NCBI GenBank assembly: GCA_044892505.1
Contig: CM097883.1
Span: forward strand, 284,146,001 to 284,210,000
Reading direction: 5' to 3'
Origin: Schmidtea nova
Taxonomy: Eukaryota
DNA length: 64,000 nucleotides
The first letter of the stretch is position 1. Each line of letters opens with the position of its first letter. A program made the position numbers and the translations under genes. Below are positions 11,755-23,479 of the stretch, piece by piece. The notes under the pieces are model-generated. The model was not told the origin of the DNA and did not search any database. It saw only the letters and a list, made by a program, of their open reading frames with translations.

Positions 11755-12761
11755 TGGCGTCACGAGCTGTTACGTTTGACAATTCTTTTGTAAAAAATTT
11801 ATTGGCACAAGAGATAGAGGGATCCCTATATCTATACACAAGGAAGTGTAAAAGGGATGTGAGGACACATCTCGAGAATATAACATCCTTTTTGGCGATG
11901 TTTGAGATGGAAGAGGCATACAAAGTTCGATTATTAAGAAGATATTTCGATCCAGAAATTTTATTCGAGGTGGAATCAAAAAGTACGTATGGAGAAGAAA
12001 ACAACACAGTAGAGTGGTACACAAAAACATTAACAGAAATGTTCCCAATAAAGGAGTCAAGAGCCAAGAAGGTTAAAATTTTCCTATCAACCAAACAGGA
12101 CGAAGGAGAGACGATAGTAGATTTCAGTAGACGTGGAAAAAGAACGACGAAAGACACAAAAGAAGATCGAAACAGAATAGAATTAATGATCTTTAGAGAA
12201 GGTTTAAAAAGTGAAATCATGAGAAAGACATTGAAAATATTGCGGCCCAAAACCATAGAAGAAGCTTTCGAACTAATAAAGGAAGAAAATGACCAGAAAG
12301 AAATAATTACAGATTACAGATTATCACAACTACGAGAAGACAGCTATAATGCATGGAGAGACGGGAAAGGAATTATTCAAGCGAAAGGAAACAACAACGG
12401 TAGACAAATGCGGGTAGATAAAAATGCCACATTGGAGTTACAAGAATTAAGAGAAGAGATTAAGAGACTTCAGGAAATAATAAAATATTTAAAAGAACCG
12501 AATAACCAAGATAGAAGTAGAAAAGAATTCCACAATGGACAACAAGTGGAATGTTACAATTGCAGCAAAACCGGCCATATTGCACGTTTCTGCGAAGAAA
12601 AGAAGAACGAAAGATGTTTCCGATGCAAGAAAACAGGACATATATCGAGCAATTGCCGAGAGTATCGAGGAAAAGTAACATCTTTTAATTGTAATAAAAA
12701 AGGACATATAAGTAGAGAATGCCCAAACAAGAGGGACGATTATAGAAGAGTACGACAATAA
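11754..12761 (+). CDS. gag: Gag with CCHC zinc knuckles
   Basis: CYNCSKTGHIARFC, CFRCKKTGHISSNC and a degenerate third knuckle SFNCNKKGHISREC. Confidence 0.9.
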   Translation: MASRAVTFDNSFVKNLLAQEIEGSLYLYTRKCKRDVRTHLENITSFLAMFEMEEAYKVRLLRRYFDPEILFEVESKSTYGEENNTVEWYTKTLTEMFPIKESRAKKVKIFLSTKQDEGETIVDFSRRGKRTTKDTKEDRNRIELMIFREGLKSEIMRKTLKILRPKTIEEAFELIKEENDQKEIITDYRLSQLREDSYNAWRDGKGIIQAKGNNNGRQMRVDKNATLELQELREEIKRLQEIIKYLKEPNNQDRSRKEFHNGQQVECYNCSKTGHIARFCEEKKNERCFRCKKTGHISSNCREYRGKVTSFNCNKKGHISRECPNKRDDYRRVRQ

Positions 12762-12999
12762 GTAGAAGTATTCGTACAAAGGACAAGTTCAGATAGCGAA
12801 TAGGAAGAAGACAACCAATCAGAACGAATTATGAAAGCGATTTCACGAAAAGAAAAGAAGACAAAGAAAAGTAAGCTAACAATGGAAGAGAAGTGGGCAC
12901 AGTTTATCGGAGGTAATGTCAACAAACCAAAGAAAAAAAATATTAAAAAAAGCCACAATAGTAATATCGCAAAGACGATCGGAAAGAGCAACCAACAAG

Positions 13000-15315
13000 C
13001 CAATCATTAGTTGCAAAATCCAAGGAGAAGAATATAAGCACTATTCGATATAGGAGCAGATCTGAATGTCATGAGCGAGGAACTGGCAGAGAAAATAAAA
13101 CAACGAGATTTGACAATAGAAGTCAGGGATTCAAACGTTAGTGTAGCGTACGCAGATGGAAGTAAAGGAAAAAGCCGAGGACAATTAGTATTATCACTGA
13201 GTTTGGGTCCAAGGACGACCAAACACAAATTCGAAATAATGAATGGGGTATTCCCACATGCGTATATCGGACTCAGATGCATGAAAGAACTGGGAGTAAT
13301 AATGAAACCGGCAGAAGACTGTATCGAGGTAAAGGGTATTCAAATTCCATTTCTTTCCAAGACATCAATTTCATCGTTTTTAAACTTTTAAAGACCACAC
13401 CCAGGCGTCCAGGAGTGGGAAGACTAGTTAAAGGGACGGAAGAAGAAACGAGAAAAGTAGTGGTAGCAGAAAATGTGACATTGAAAGGAGAAGGAGAGTA
13501 TTGGATGATAGTAGATAAGGAGAACGAAAGGATAAAGGAAGACGTAACTAATTGTTTATTTACAGGAAACAAGAACAAGATGGAGGAAAGAGGTATACTG
13601 GTAGCAGACGGACTAGCTACATGTTCCGAGGGATTGATTTGGTCCGAATTAATATGCAGGAAGAAGGAGTGAAAAGTCTACATACAGGAACAACACTGGG
13701 AGAAGCGGAAGAATGGACGGACAAAAAGGGAAAAAATGACACATTGATGAAATTGTCAACAATCGACCAAAACAAAGAAAAGAGAAGTATAGACAAAATT
13801 GTGAAAGGGTTGATAAACAAGCTAGACGATAGATTAACATTAACAGAAAAACAAAAGATTTCACAAATTTTATGGCGGAACAAAGATGTATTCAGTAGTT
13901 ACAAAATGGATATTGGGAAGACAAATGTGGAACAACACACTAAAGAAACGTGGAAAACAACACCGATAGCATTCAAACATAGAAGGATACCAAGGGGATT
14001 GGAGGAAGATGTGAGAAGATACATTACAGAATTGGAAGAAGCGGGAATTATTAGAGAAAGCAATTCACCATGGAACTTTCCCATAGTGGTAACAAAAAAA
14101 AGAATATAGACATGAGAATGTGCATCGACTACAGAGCTTTAAATGCAAAATCAGAAAGAGCAATATTTCCAATACCATCAGCAAACGAAGTCTTTGATAC
14201 GATCGGAAACGCGAAATTCTTTTCCACATTAGATATGTCCAGTGGATACTATCAAATTCCAATCGCAGAAGAGGATATAAGGAAAACAGCATTCAGCACG
14301 AGATTCGGCCAATACGAGTTCACAAGAATGCCATTCGGATTGTGTGCCACACTAGCAACATTTCAAAGAATAGTGAACGTAGTCTTAAGAGGAGAGAACT
14401 GGACTAACTGTGTGGTATATTTGGACGATATTCTGGTAATCGGGAAAACAATTGAAGAACACAACGAAAGATTAGATAGAGCACTGCAGAAGATGAGAGA
14501 AGTGGGACTAAAATTATCACCAGAGAAATGCCACTAGCTAAAAAACGAGGTAAGATATTTGGGACACATTATAAACGAAGAAGGAGTACAGACGGACCCA
14601 GACAAAACCAAAGCGATAAGAGAATATAAGAAGCCAATGCGTCAGAAAGAGCTAAGGACATTTCTAGGGATGACGGGATATTACAGAAACTTTATTAAAG
14701 GCTACGCTAAGACGACAGAACCTTTAAAGGAAATGCTTCGAACAGAAAACAAATTTGAAGGGACGGAGGAAAGACAAGGATCGTTCGAGAGATTAAGACA
14801 GGCTTTACTATCACCGCCAATATTAGCATTACCAACTACAGATGGATACTACGTTTTAGACACAGACCCGTCTAACGATTCAAAAGAGGCCGACCTGTCT
14901 CAAATCAAAGATTGGAAGGAGAGAGTTATTGCGTATGGATCGAAGACTATGACGAAAGCGCAGAGGTAATACTGTATCACACGCAAGGAACTTTTGGCAA
15001 TTTACACATTTGTATTAAAATAAAAGTATTATTTAGTAGGTAAAAAGTTCACAGTAAGAACAGATCATCAAGCACTTAAATGGTTATTAGATTGGAGTAG
15101 TCCAAACACCTCTCAATATTGTGTATGGAAAGCAGAACTAGAAATATATGACATGAAAGTGGAATTTAGAAAAGGGAAAGACCATTGCAATAAAGACGCA
15201 TTGTCAAGAATTACACCATGCGAACAATGCCGACTGAAACACGCGGACCCAAGAAAGAAACGAAATGTAAAAGTTTACGAGGAAGAAAACAATTATTCAG
15301 AAGAGAACAAGTCAG
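13000..15315 (+). pseudogene. pol: Pol (aspartic protease, RT, RNase H) with stops and frameshifts; no integrase
   Basis: LFDIGADL protease motif; RMCIDYRALN, LDMSSGYYQ, MPFGLC, VYLDDIL RT motifs; LDTD, YCITRKELLAI, TDHQAL, DALSR RNase H motifs. Confidence 0.92.
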
Positions 15316-15508
15316 AAATTCGTTTTAATATTATAAATTATAAAAATTGTATGAATATTGTTTTGTATAATATAGATTTTTGAATTGTGTAATTTACTGA
15401 TTTATTATTATTATTTCCGAATTGTGTAATTGGCTTATTTAGTATTATTATTTCCGAATTGTGGTAATTTATTTATATAAATTGGTTAATTCATTTAGAG
15501 ATATAACA
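15316..15508 (+). repeat. 3' LTR lacking its first ~27 nt
   Basis: Matches the 5' LTR from AAATTCGTTTT to ATATAACA; joined directly to the post-RNase H sequence. Confidence 0.88.
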
Positions 15509-15935
15509 ATACCTTTAAAATGAAATTTACTTTATATCAAAAACAAATTCAATAAAAATTTATCTTTTTGTCTTAGTTTAAATCAACAGAATTTAGTGAA
15601 CTTAAAACCAATTGTAAAGTTAAATTTAAATTTATAAAAATTTACTTTTTAAAATCTTCAATCCAAATTACTTTTTTTTTAACATGATGTAAACTATAAT
15701 GTTTTTCTAAACATAAATTTTAATTTTACTTAAGAGATTTTGATTATTTTATGAATAAAGTTAAATTGGGAATAATTGTCGAAGTGAAAACCAGTTTTAT
15801 TCCGGAATATTTGGATAAAATTGATGTAAAATAAAATTTTTTGTTAAAATATATTTTCTTTGTTATTCGGTTTTTATTTTGGTATCATTTAAAAATTTTT
15901 TTGCTTTAAATAATATTCTGTTTTCTCCAAATCAG

Positions 15936-18900
15936 ATCAATTTCGATGAACCAATTCACGTGGCCTGCGAAAATGGTCACGAAGAGGTTGCTAAGTTTCT
16001 CATTGACAAAGGCGCTAATATTGAATCACATAGAAAAGTGAAATTAATTCTTGAATTTTCTCGGAATGATTTTTTCTTTAGTTTGGTTGGCGGCCAATAT
16101 TTTTTGCTTGTTTTAATTGCCATATTGGCGTGATAGAGCTGTTGATTAAAAACGGATGCGACATAAATGTACATGATCAGGTTTATTTTGAAATAGGAAA
16201 AAGAGTTAATAACGCATTTTCCCCCAGAATAAATGGCAGCCGATCCATTGGGCGTGCCGGTATGGATATTTGGATATTGTGAAATTGTTCATCAAAAACC
16301 GATGCAACATTGAAGCATGTGGACATGTAGTGAATTTCAATTTATAAAATTGCATAATTAACTTGCTGAAACATATTTTATTGTTAATTATTAATTTTAT
16401 TAGGATAACCTTCGGCCGATACACATCAGTTGCCGATACGGATTTACTGATATTGTGAAATTGTTGATTGAGAGCAAATGCAACACTGAAGTCCGCGATT
16501 CTGTAATTTACGGTTAACTATAAAGTAATGTTAACAAAAAAAATTAAATCTAGAATAAATGGCGGCCATTACACTGGGCGTGCTATAATGGCAATATTGA
16601 GGTGATTGAGTTACTTATATTAAGGAAGTGCACTTTGGACATGCTAAGTAAAGTAAAATTATTATTNNNNNNNNNNNNNNNNNNNNNNNNNNNNNNNNNN
16701 NNNNNNNNNNNNNNNNNNNNNNNNNNNNNNNNNNNNNNNNNNNNNNNNNNNNNNNNNNNNNNNNNNNNNNNNNNNNNNNNNNNNNNNNNNNNNNNNNNNN
16801 NNNNNNNNNNNNNNNNNNNNNNNNNNNNNNNNNNNNNNNNNNNNNNNNNNNNNNNNNNNNNNNNNNNNNNNNNNNNNNNNNNNNNNNNNNNNNNNNNNNN
16901 NNNNNNNNNNNNNNNNNNNNNNNNNNNNNNNNNNNNNNNNNNNNNNNNNNNNNNNNNNNNNNNNNNNNNNNNNNNNNNNNNNNNNNNNNNNNNNNNNNNN
17001 NNNNNNNNNNNNNNNNNNNNNNNNNNNNNNNNNNNNNNNNNNNNNNNNNNNAATTATTTTNNNNNNNNNNNNNNNNNNNNNNNNNNNNNNNNNNNNNNNN
17101 NNNNNNNNNNNNNNNNNNNNNNNNNNNNNNNNNNNNNNNNNNNNNNNNNNNNNNNNNNNNNNNNNNNNNNNNNNNNNNNNNNNNNNNNNNNNNNNNNNNN
17201 NNNNNNNACCTTTGATCTTTTTTTATTATTATTATCAATAATTCTCATAATGACTATAGATCAAATTTTTTTTTATAAACAAGTACACAATATTTCGGCA
17301 CAGCCTTTATCAAGTGTGTATTTCTATCGTTATATTTACTTAATCCTAAATAGTAGCCTTAATTATTTTTTTAATATTTTATAATGATTTTATTGGATGA
17401 AAAAATTTATTTTATTTTAATTTTTTTTGTGCGAATTGAATGTTGATGGACGGTTTGTATTTTTTTATGAAAAAAGTCTCGGAAGCTAATCTTTGTAATG
17501 AATTTTTGAATCCCTCTTGTAGAATCTGGCATTTTGTTTCTTCTATAGTTGGAGTTGTTTTATGTACTTTCTCCCAGTGTTCGTAATAATTACTGGTTTT
17601 GATTTTAGTATGTTCATTAAGTCGGGTGCGAAAAGTTCTATGTGTTTCTCCTATGTAAGTAGCGTCACATTTTTGACAAGAAAGTTTATATACTATATTT
17701 TTGGAAAAGCAAAAGCATCGGGTTGTGGAACGACAAAGACATTTATGTTTGGAGATGTTGGAAATTGGTGGCTTTCGGAGTTGTGATTTTAACGGTGCGG
17801 AGGTTATGAACGTTGGACGGATGTGGATAGGCAAATCTGTTTGATTAAAAATGTTGGTGATTTTGTTGGCTGTAGTGTCATTTAGGAAAGGTAATCTTAG
17901 ATATGTTGTGTGTTTGTTATTGTTATTGTGTTTCTGGCGTTTTCTATTGTTGCGTTTATTGTGGTATGGTTCGTTAAGGAAGTGTTTCTTTACAAAGTCT
18001 TCAGGGTATCCATTTTGGAGGAATCGTATTTTGAAGTTTTCTAATGTTTCTTGTATTTTGTTTGCGTCTGAACAGTTTCTTATGGCTCTTTTTCTTTCTC
18101 CTATTAGTAATGCGATTTTGCGTTGAAGTGGAACCTGGCTTTTCCATGGGAGGATATGACCGCTATGTAAACCTTTAGAATATAGCTCGGTGTTTGCATT
18201 TAGTGTATCTTGGCCTTTTGTGAAACTTACCATGGTATCTAAAAACGATATTTTACCTTCTGTGTTCGGTGTTTCAAAAGTAAATTGTATGTTGGTGTTA
18301 GTAGAATTTGCGTGTGATAGGATTTGATTGAGAGGGATTGTGGAGACTATGAAGATGTCGTCGATGTATCGTTTCCAGAAAAGTATTTTGTCCCCAAAAA
18401 AAGATATGATCTTAGATTCTATAAAGTTCATGTAGAAGATGGCTAAGATGGGAGAAAGGTTATTACCCATGGCTAATCCATGAATTTGTTTGAATGGTTT
18501 TTCTTTAATTATGACAGTATCTGAATTTATTGCTAATTTTAGAAGTTCTATAAAGTCTTGTTTAGTTAAGTCTGCGAGGTCAGTATTGGCTTTATGAGTT
18601 TCAAAGAAAGAAGCTGCGATATCGAAAATGTTATTCTCTCCGTGAAGAGGAATAGATCCGTAAAGATTGGAAACGTCAAGAGATCCCCAGAAGTACTGTT
18701 GTCCTGAGTTTAACGGAAGAGACGTATTTGTAATTTCGGAGACGAATTCAGTTGTGTTTTTAAGATGAGAAGGAACCAAAGGCAAAAGTGTTTTTAGAAT
18801 TTCTGAAAGAACTTTAGAAAGTGTTGTGGAAGGAGTGTCAACTGCAGATACAAGAGGTCTACCTTTTAAAGGACTTTTGTGATCTTTAGGTAACATAGTC

Positions 18901-20867
18901 ATATTACTAGGTAAAGGCTCACTGCAGTTGCATTTTAAAAGTAAATCTTTGATTTGAAGGTTAATTTGTTTATTTGCAAGTGTTGAAAGTTTCTTATTGT
19001 ATAAAATCTGAGTCGATGCAGGTAAGATTATTTTGTTTATCGGTTCATAGTTCGAGAGATGTTCTTCAAATAGAGTATTGTATTGTTCTGTGTCAAGAGC
19101 AATTAGTCGATTTGTTTTATCTGATGGAAGAATTGTGAAGTCTTTGGAATTCTTAATTTTCTTTATGTTTGAAGTGAAAGAATTTTGTGTTGAGCAATGT
19201 TTTTCAAGAAAGATAATTTGTTCTCTGACTAAAGTTTTGACTTTAGTTTCTAAACAGCTGAGTTTTTCTTCAAGTTCAGTCGAAAAGAGAGGCATATTTG
19301 GATATGTTCTACGATTTGGATCCAGAAGATGATTGTGCTTTTCAGCTAAACTTGAAGATTTGGTGGATGAAATTGGTTTTAGATGGTATCCTATTTGTCT
19401 TCTTAGGCTTACAACTCCGAAAGCCACCAATTTCCAACATCTCCAAACATAAATGTCTTTGTCGTTCCACAACCCGATGCTTTTGCTTTTCCAAAAATAT
19501 AGTATATAAACTTTCTTGTCAAAAATGTGACGCTACTTACATAGGAGAAACACATAGAACTTTTCGCACCCGACTTAATGAACATACTAAAATCAAAACC
19601 AGTAATTATTACGAACACTGGGAAAAAGTACATAAAACAACTCCATCTATAGAAGAAACAAAATGCCAGATCCTACAAGAGGGATTCAAAAATTCATTAC
19701 AAAGATTAGCTTCCGAGACTTTTTTCATAAAAAAATACAAACCGTCCATCAACATTCAATTCGCACAAAAAAAATTAAAATAAAATAAATTTTTTCATCC
19801 AATAAAATCATTATAAAATATTAAAAAAATAATTAAGGCTACTATTTAGGATTAAGTAAATATAACGATAGAAATACACACTTGATAAAGGCTGTGCCGA
19901 AATATTGTGTTATTGTTTATAAAAAAAAATTTTGATCTATAGTCNNNNNNNNNNNNNNNNNNNNNNNNNNNNNNNNNNNNNNNNNNNNNNNNNNNNNNNN
20001 NNNNNNNNNNNNNNNNNNNNNNNNNNNNNNNNNNNNNNNNNNNNNNNNNNNNNNNNNNNNNNNNNNNNNNNNNNNNNNNNNNNNNNNNNNNNNNNNNNNN
20101 NNNNNNNNNNNNNNNNNNNNNNNNNNNNNNNNNNNNNNNNNNNNNNNNNNNNNNNNNNNNNNNNNNNNNNNNNNNNNNNNNNNNNNNNNNNNNNNNNNNN
20201 NNNNNNNNNNNNNNNNNNNNNNNNNNNNNNNNNNNNNNNNNNNNNNNNNNNNNNNNNNNNNNNNNNNNNNNNNNNNNNNNNNNNNNNNNNNNNNNNNNNN
20301 NNNNNNNNNNNNNNNACTATAGATCAAATTTATTTTTATAAACAATAACACAATATTTCGGCACAGCCTTTATCAAGTGTGTATTTCTATCGTTATATTT
20401 ACTTAATCCTAAATAGTAGCCTTAATTATTATTATTATTATTTTTTTTTTTAAAAAAAAAAATAAATAATAATAATTAAGGCTACTATTTAGGATTAAGT
20501 AAATATAACGATAGAAATACACACTTGATAAAGGCTGTGCCGAAATATTGTGTTATTGTTTATAAAAATAAATTTGATCTATAGTCATTATGAGAATTAT
20601 TGATAATAATAAAAAAAGATCNNNNNNNNNNNNNNNNNNNNNNNNNNNNNNNNNNNNNNNNNNNNNNNNNNNNNNNNNNNNNNNNNNNNNNNNNNNNNNN
20701 NNNNNNNNNNNNNNNNNNNNNNNNNNNNNNNNNNNNNNNNNNNNNNNNNNNNNNNNNNNNNNNNNNNNNNNNNNNNNNNNNNNNNNNNNNNNNNNATAAA
20801 TATTGCAGAAAAGTACGGACATGTCAATGTTATGAAACTTGTTCAAAATGAATTGAAAAGTCAACTG
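15936..20867 (+). CDS. Ankyrin-repeat gene (one repeat per ~99-nt exon); Penelope element lies in an intron
   Basis: Exons: INFDEPIHVACENGHEEVAKFLIDKGANIESHRK; FGWRPIFFACFNCHIGVIELLIKNGCDINVHDQ; NKWQPIHWACRYGYLDIVKLFIKNRCNIEACGH; DNLRPIHISCRYGFTDIVKLLIESKCNTEVRDS; NKWRPLHWACYNGNIEVIELLILRKCTLDMLSK (ends 16652); later exon NIAEKYGHVNVMKLVQNELKSQL (~20797-20867). Phase-0 GT-AG introns of ~50 nt. Confidence 0.85.
17281..17322 (-). ncRNA. Minimal type I hammerhead-like ribozyme in the Penelope 3' UTR
   Basis: ACAC-TTGATAA-A-GGC TGT GCC-GAAA-TAT-T-GTGT: stem I ACAC/GTGT, U3:A8 core variant, 3-bp stem II, palindromic ATAT stem III. Confidence 0.65.
17412..19410 (-). CDS. Penelope RT-GIY-YIG polyprotein (open frame; residues of the track ORF from 19411-19472 derive from the inverted arm)
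   Basis: GRPLVS, SLDVSNLYGSIP, QIHGLAMGNNLSPILA, WKRYIDDIF, ISFLD; endonuclease IVYKLSCQKCDATYIGETHRTFRTRLNEH. Confidence 0.95.
19873..19914 (+). ncRNA. Hammerhead-like motif, copy in the inverted pseudo-LTR
   Basis: AATACACAC TTGATAA AGGCTGTGCC GAAA TATT GTGTTATT; stem I 8 bp with one bulge. Confidence 0.65.
20344..20385 (-). ncRNA. Hammerhead-like motif, left arm of palindrome
   Basis: Reverse complement of the 19873-19914 motif. Confidence 0.6.
20516..20557 (+). ncRNA. Hammerhead-like motif, right arm of palindrome
   Basis: Identical to 19873-19914. Confidence 0.6.
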
Positions 20868-22024
20868 GTAATATTTTTTTGTCAACAATAACCAAGATAT
20901 GTCTGCCGTTTTTCTATAAGTACGTATAAGTACGTATGTGTAACGATATTTTTTACGCATTTAAGATTATTTAACTATTGTTTTGAAGGTAGCGCTAGGT
21001 AAAAACAAGAATGTGAGGTTATTTATAGTTTGTCAGTAAAGAATTTTTACACGTTTCCAACTTTCAATTTTTAATTTATTTTAATAAATTTCATTAATAT
21101 TAAAATGAAATTATCTAGATTATGAATATAAAAATTTATATGGTTTTTAAAAAAACAAAAAATGTCTTAAAACTTGTAAAGAATCTTTAAAATAAACGAA
21201 AACGTCAAATAATTGAGTTCTTTTTAAATAAATATTTCTCTTCGTCAGCGGAAACCAATAATGATTCAATAGCTATTATTTAATCAAATTATCAAATAAT
21301 ACCAATAAATTCGTCGCTGGTTGAATATTGCTTGTAAGGGTTCATCAATCCGTCACAATGTCCTTTCAGAGTTTTTATGCGCATTTTAAAAACTTTTATT
21401 TCTTTAAAAACTATTTCAATGAACAATAATGTTGTCCAAAAATTCAACCGGATGTATTACTAATCCGTTTACAGAGATGATATGTGTTACATTGCAACTA
21501 TTACATGTCAACTTATATAATATAAATCATAAACTAAACCTATTTGGATATGTGACTTAAACCAATCGTTTACAATATTTCTTTATCCGCTATTTGAGTT
21601 ATCCGTATGAGTAACCTATTATTAATCTCATTTGTTCATAATAACTTGATGAAAATACTATCATATCTGCAAATAATATAATTGACCATTGAACTCTGTA
21701 AACAGGATTTTACTGATTCTGTTGACGTATATGACGCAAATAGTGAAAGGCAATACCAATACCATTGTTGGAGAGATTCGTTATCAATTCGGTTTAGAAT
21801 TTTTCTTTTGCCTTTCAGCCCTACTATAAAAGTCATTAATTACTTTCAAAACGTTAATGATACAGAAATTATTTTCAATAGAGAAAAAAAGGAAGCTTTA
21901 TACTTACTTTTGACGTATGCTTTAATTAAATTTAAATAAGAGAATTTTTTTTCGGTAGTCGCACAAGAAAAATACTGAATCCCTTGATCCATATGTCGAT
22001 CTCTGGGATGTGTTGTAGTCGAAT

Positions 22025-22552
22025 CCAGGTGAAAAAAAGCCACGGGGGAAAAAGCCATGGAAAGAAAAGCCAAAAATAATTTAGATAATGTCACAATTAA
22101 AAAATTCATTTAATGAATATTTAAGTTAAGCAAAACCATAAAAAAGTATATAAAAATGTTAAATAATATTTCAAAAAAAAATTTAAATTAAGTAGACAAA
22201 TTTTCATAACTATTTCTTTTATTACTATTGTTTACACAAATGGTTGACCAAATCTGATGTTATGACTGACACCAATAATTTTATATGCTTAATATAATGC
22301 CAGAATTTTATAATAATATATTTATTTATTTTATTCTATTATTTAAAATATTAAAAATTAGGATTGAATGAATTAAATTTGAGCACACTTCAAACAAACC
22401 TATTTTGAGTATAGATTTAGCATAGTAAATGCATACAAATTAAATACAGAGCTTTTAATTACGCATTTGTGACTTCTGTAGCTTTTTCTTCCTTAGCTTT
22501 TTTCCGTAGCTTTTTCTTCATTGAATTTTTTTGCCGGCAACCGTTGTTATCA
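22025..22552. mobile_element. Possible old MITE with inward-facing AAAAGC(C/T)A subterminal repeats
   Basis: Left: GAAAAAAAGCCACGGGGGAAAAAGCCATGGAAAGAAAAGCCA; right: TAGCTTTTTCTTCCTTAGCTTTTTTCCGTAGCTTTTT. No TSD found. Confidence 0.35.
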
Positions 22553-23479
22553 GCAAACAACATAAGTTTCTCTATTATTATTAGAAAATGCAGCAGTCAA
22601 TTTACAGCATTTCTTTTGTAAGTGTAGATTTTCTATCTCTATTTGAAATTGAATACGGACATAAAACTGTTAAAAGTTTCATATCGTTGATTGCGACATT
22701 GGATTTGCAACATAATTAATTCAATTGAAAAAGTTGAATTTAGTTTTTGGATGTAGAATTTTTTTTCCAAAATAAAACAAAATGCATTTTTAGCAGTCGG
22801 ATTAGTATATTCATTCTAGCCACGTACAAAACGTCTTCATATAAGTGATATGGAAAAAATACGAAATGCTCTCAATAATATTTTCTTTTTTACTTGAGTC
22901 ATCTCTTTTTTCTCGTTGCCACTGAGCTATTTTATATATATGATATGCATAGATCTTGAATGGCATTAATTTTCTAACTGCAGAAACTTTCCGGTCAAAC
23001 CTGTATTTTGACTACCGAAAAAAGTAAACAAAAGGATATATATATATGTGTGTGTGTGAATGTCGGATGAGGACCCTTAGAGTCTCTAAGTTAAAAATAT
23101 TAAAAATTATCTTAAATGAAATTTATTTATACATTTTTTAGTATGATCGGATTTCAAGAGCATTTCATGTTCCAAATAACTTTGATCGTGATCAAGATAT
23201 TTACTCAAAATGTAAGATAAAATTTACAATTTCTAAATATTGTGCGAATAAAATTAAAAAATAACTATTTTTAAGGATTTGAAATGATTTAATTGGTATA
23301 AGTGTACGAGAGGGGGTCCAATATATATATATATATACAAATTATAAATAAATTAGTATATGAAAATTATAATACTCTCGTACACTTATACCATTTAATT
23401 CATATAAATTCTTTAATAAATTCGAACATAATTTCTATATTTTTTGGATTCTCTATTTTCAAATCGAAATGCACATTTT

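Larger units (their letters stand above)
11536..15508 (+). mobile_element. Ty3/gypsy LTR retrotransposon, defective, integrase deleted
   Basis: 5' LTR 11536-11754 (TGTTATAT...ATATAACA), PBS-like TGGCGTCACG, gag-PR-RT-RH, 3' LTR remnant 15316-15508; flanks ATATC / ATACC (5-bp TSD with one mismatch). Confidence 0.92.
17209..19944 (-). mobile_element. Penelope-like retroelement, 5'-truncated, with inverted pseudo-LTR
   Basis: RT + GIY-YIG ORF; 19411-19944 is a near-identical inverted copy of the 3' end (~17250-17784). Confidence 0.95.
20316..20585. repeat. ~270-bp palindrome made of two Penelope 3' ends back to back
   Basis: Arms are reverse complements centred on T11/A11 at ~20451. Confidence 0.9.

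Noticed and set aside
11741-13883. Minus-strand ORFs opposite gag/pol, and similar shadows opposite IWS1, Penelope and the chimeric ORF
   Set aside because: F/S/L-rich antisense shadows of A-rich coding strands; no independent motifs.
16602-20960. Long track ORFs full of X (also near 27.5, 37, 47.4, 52.4 and 53.6 kb)
   Set aside because: Artefacts of N-runs lacking stop codons.
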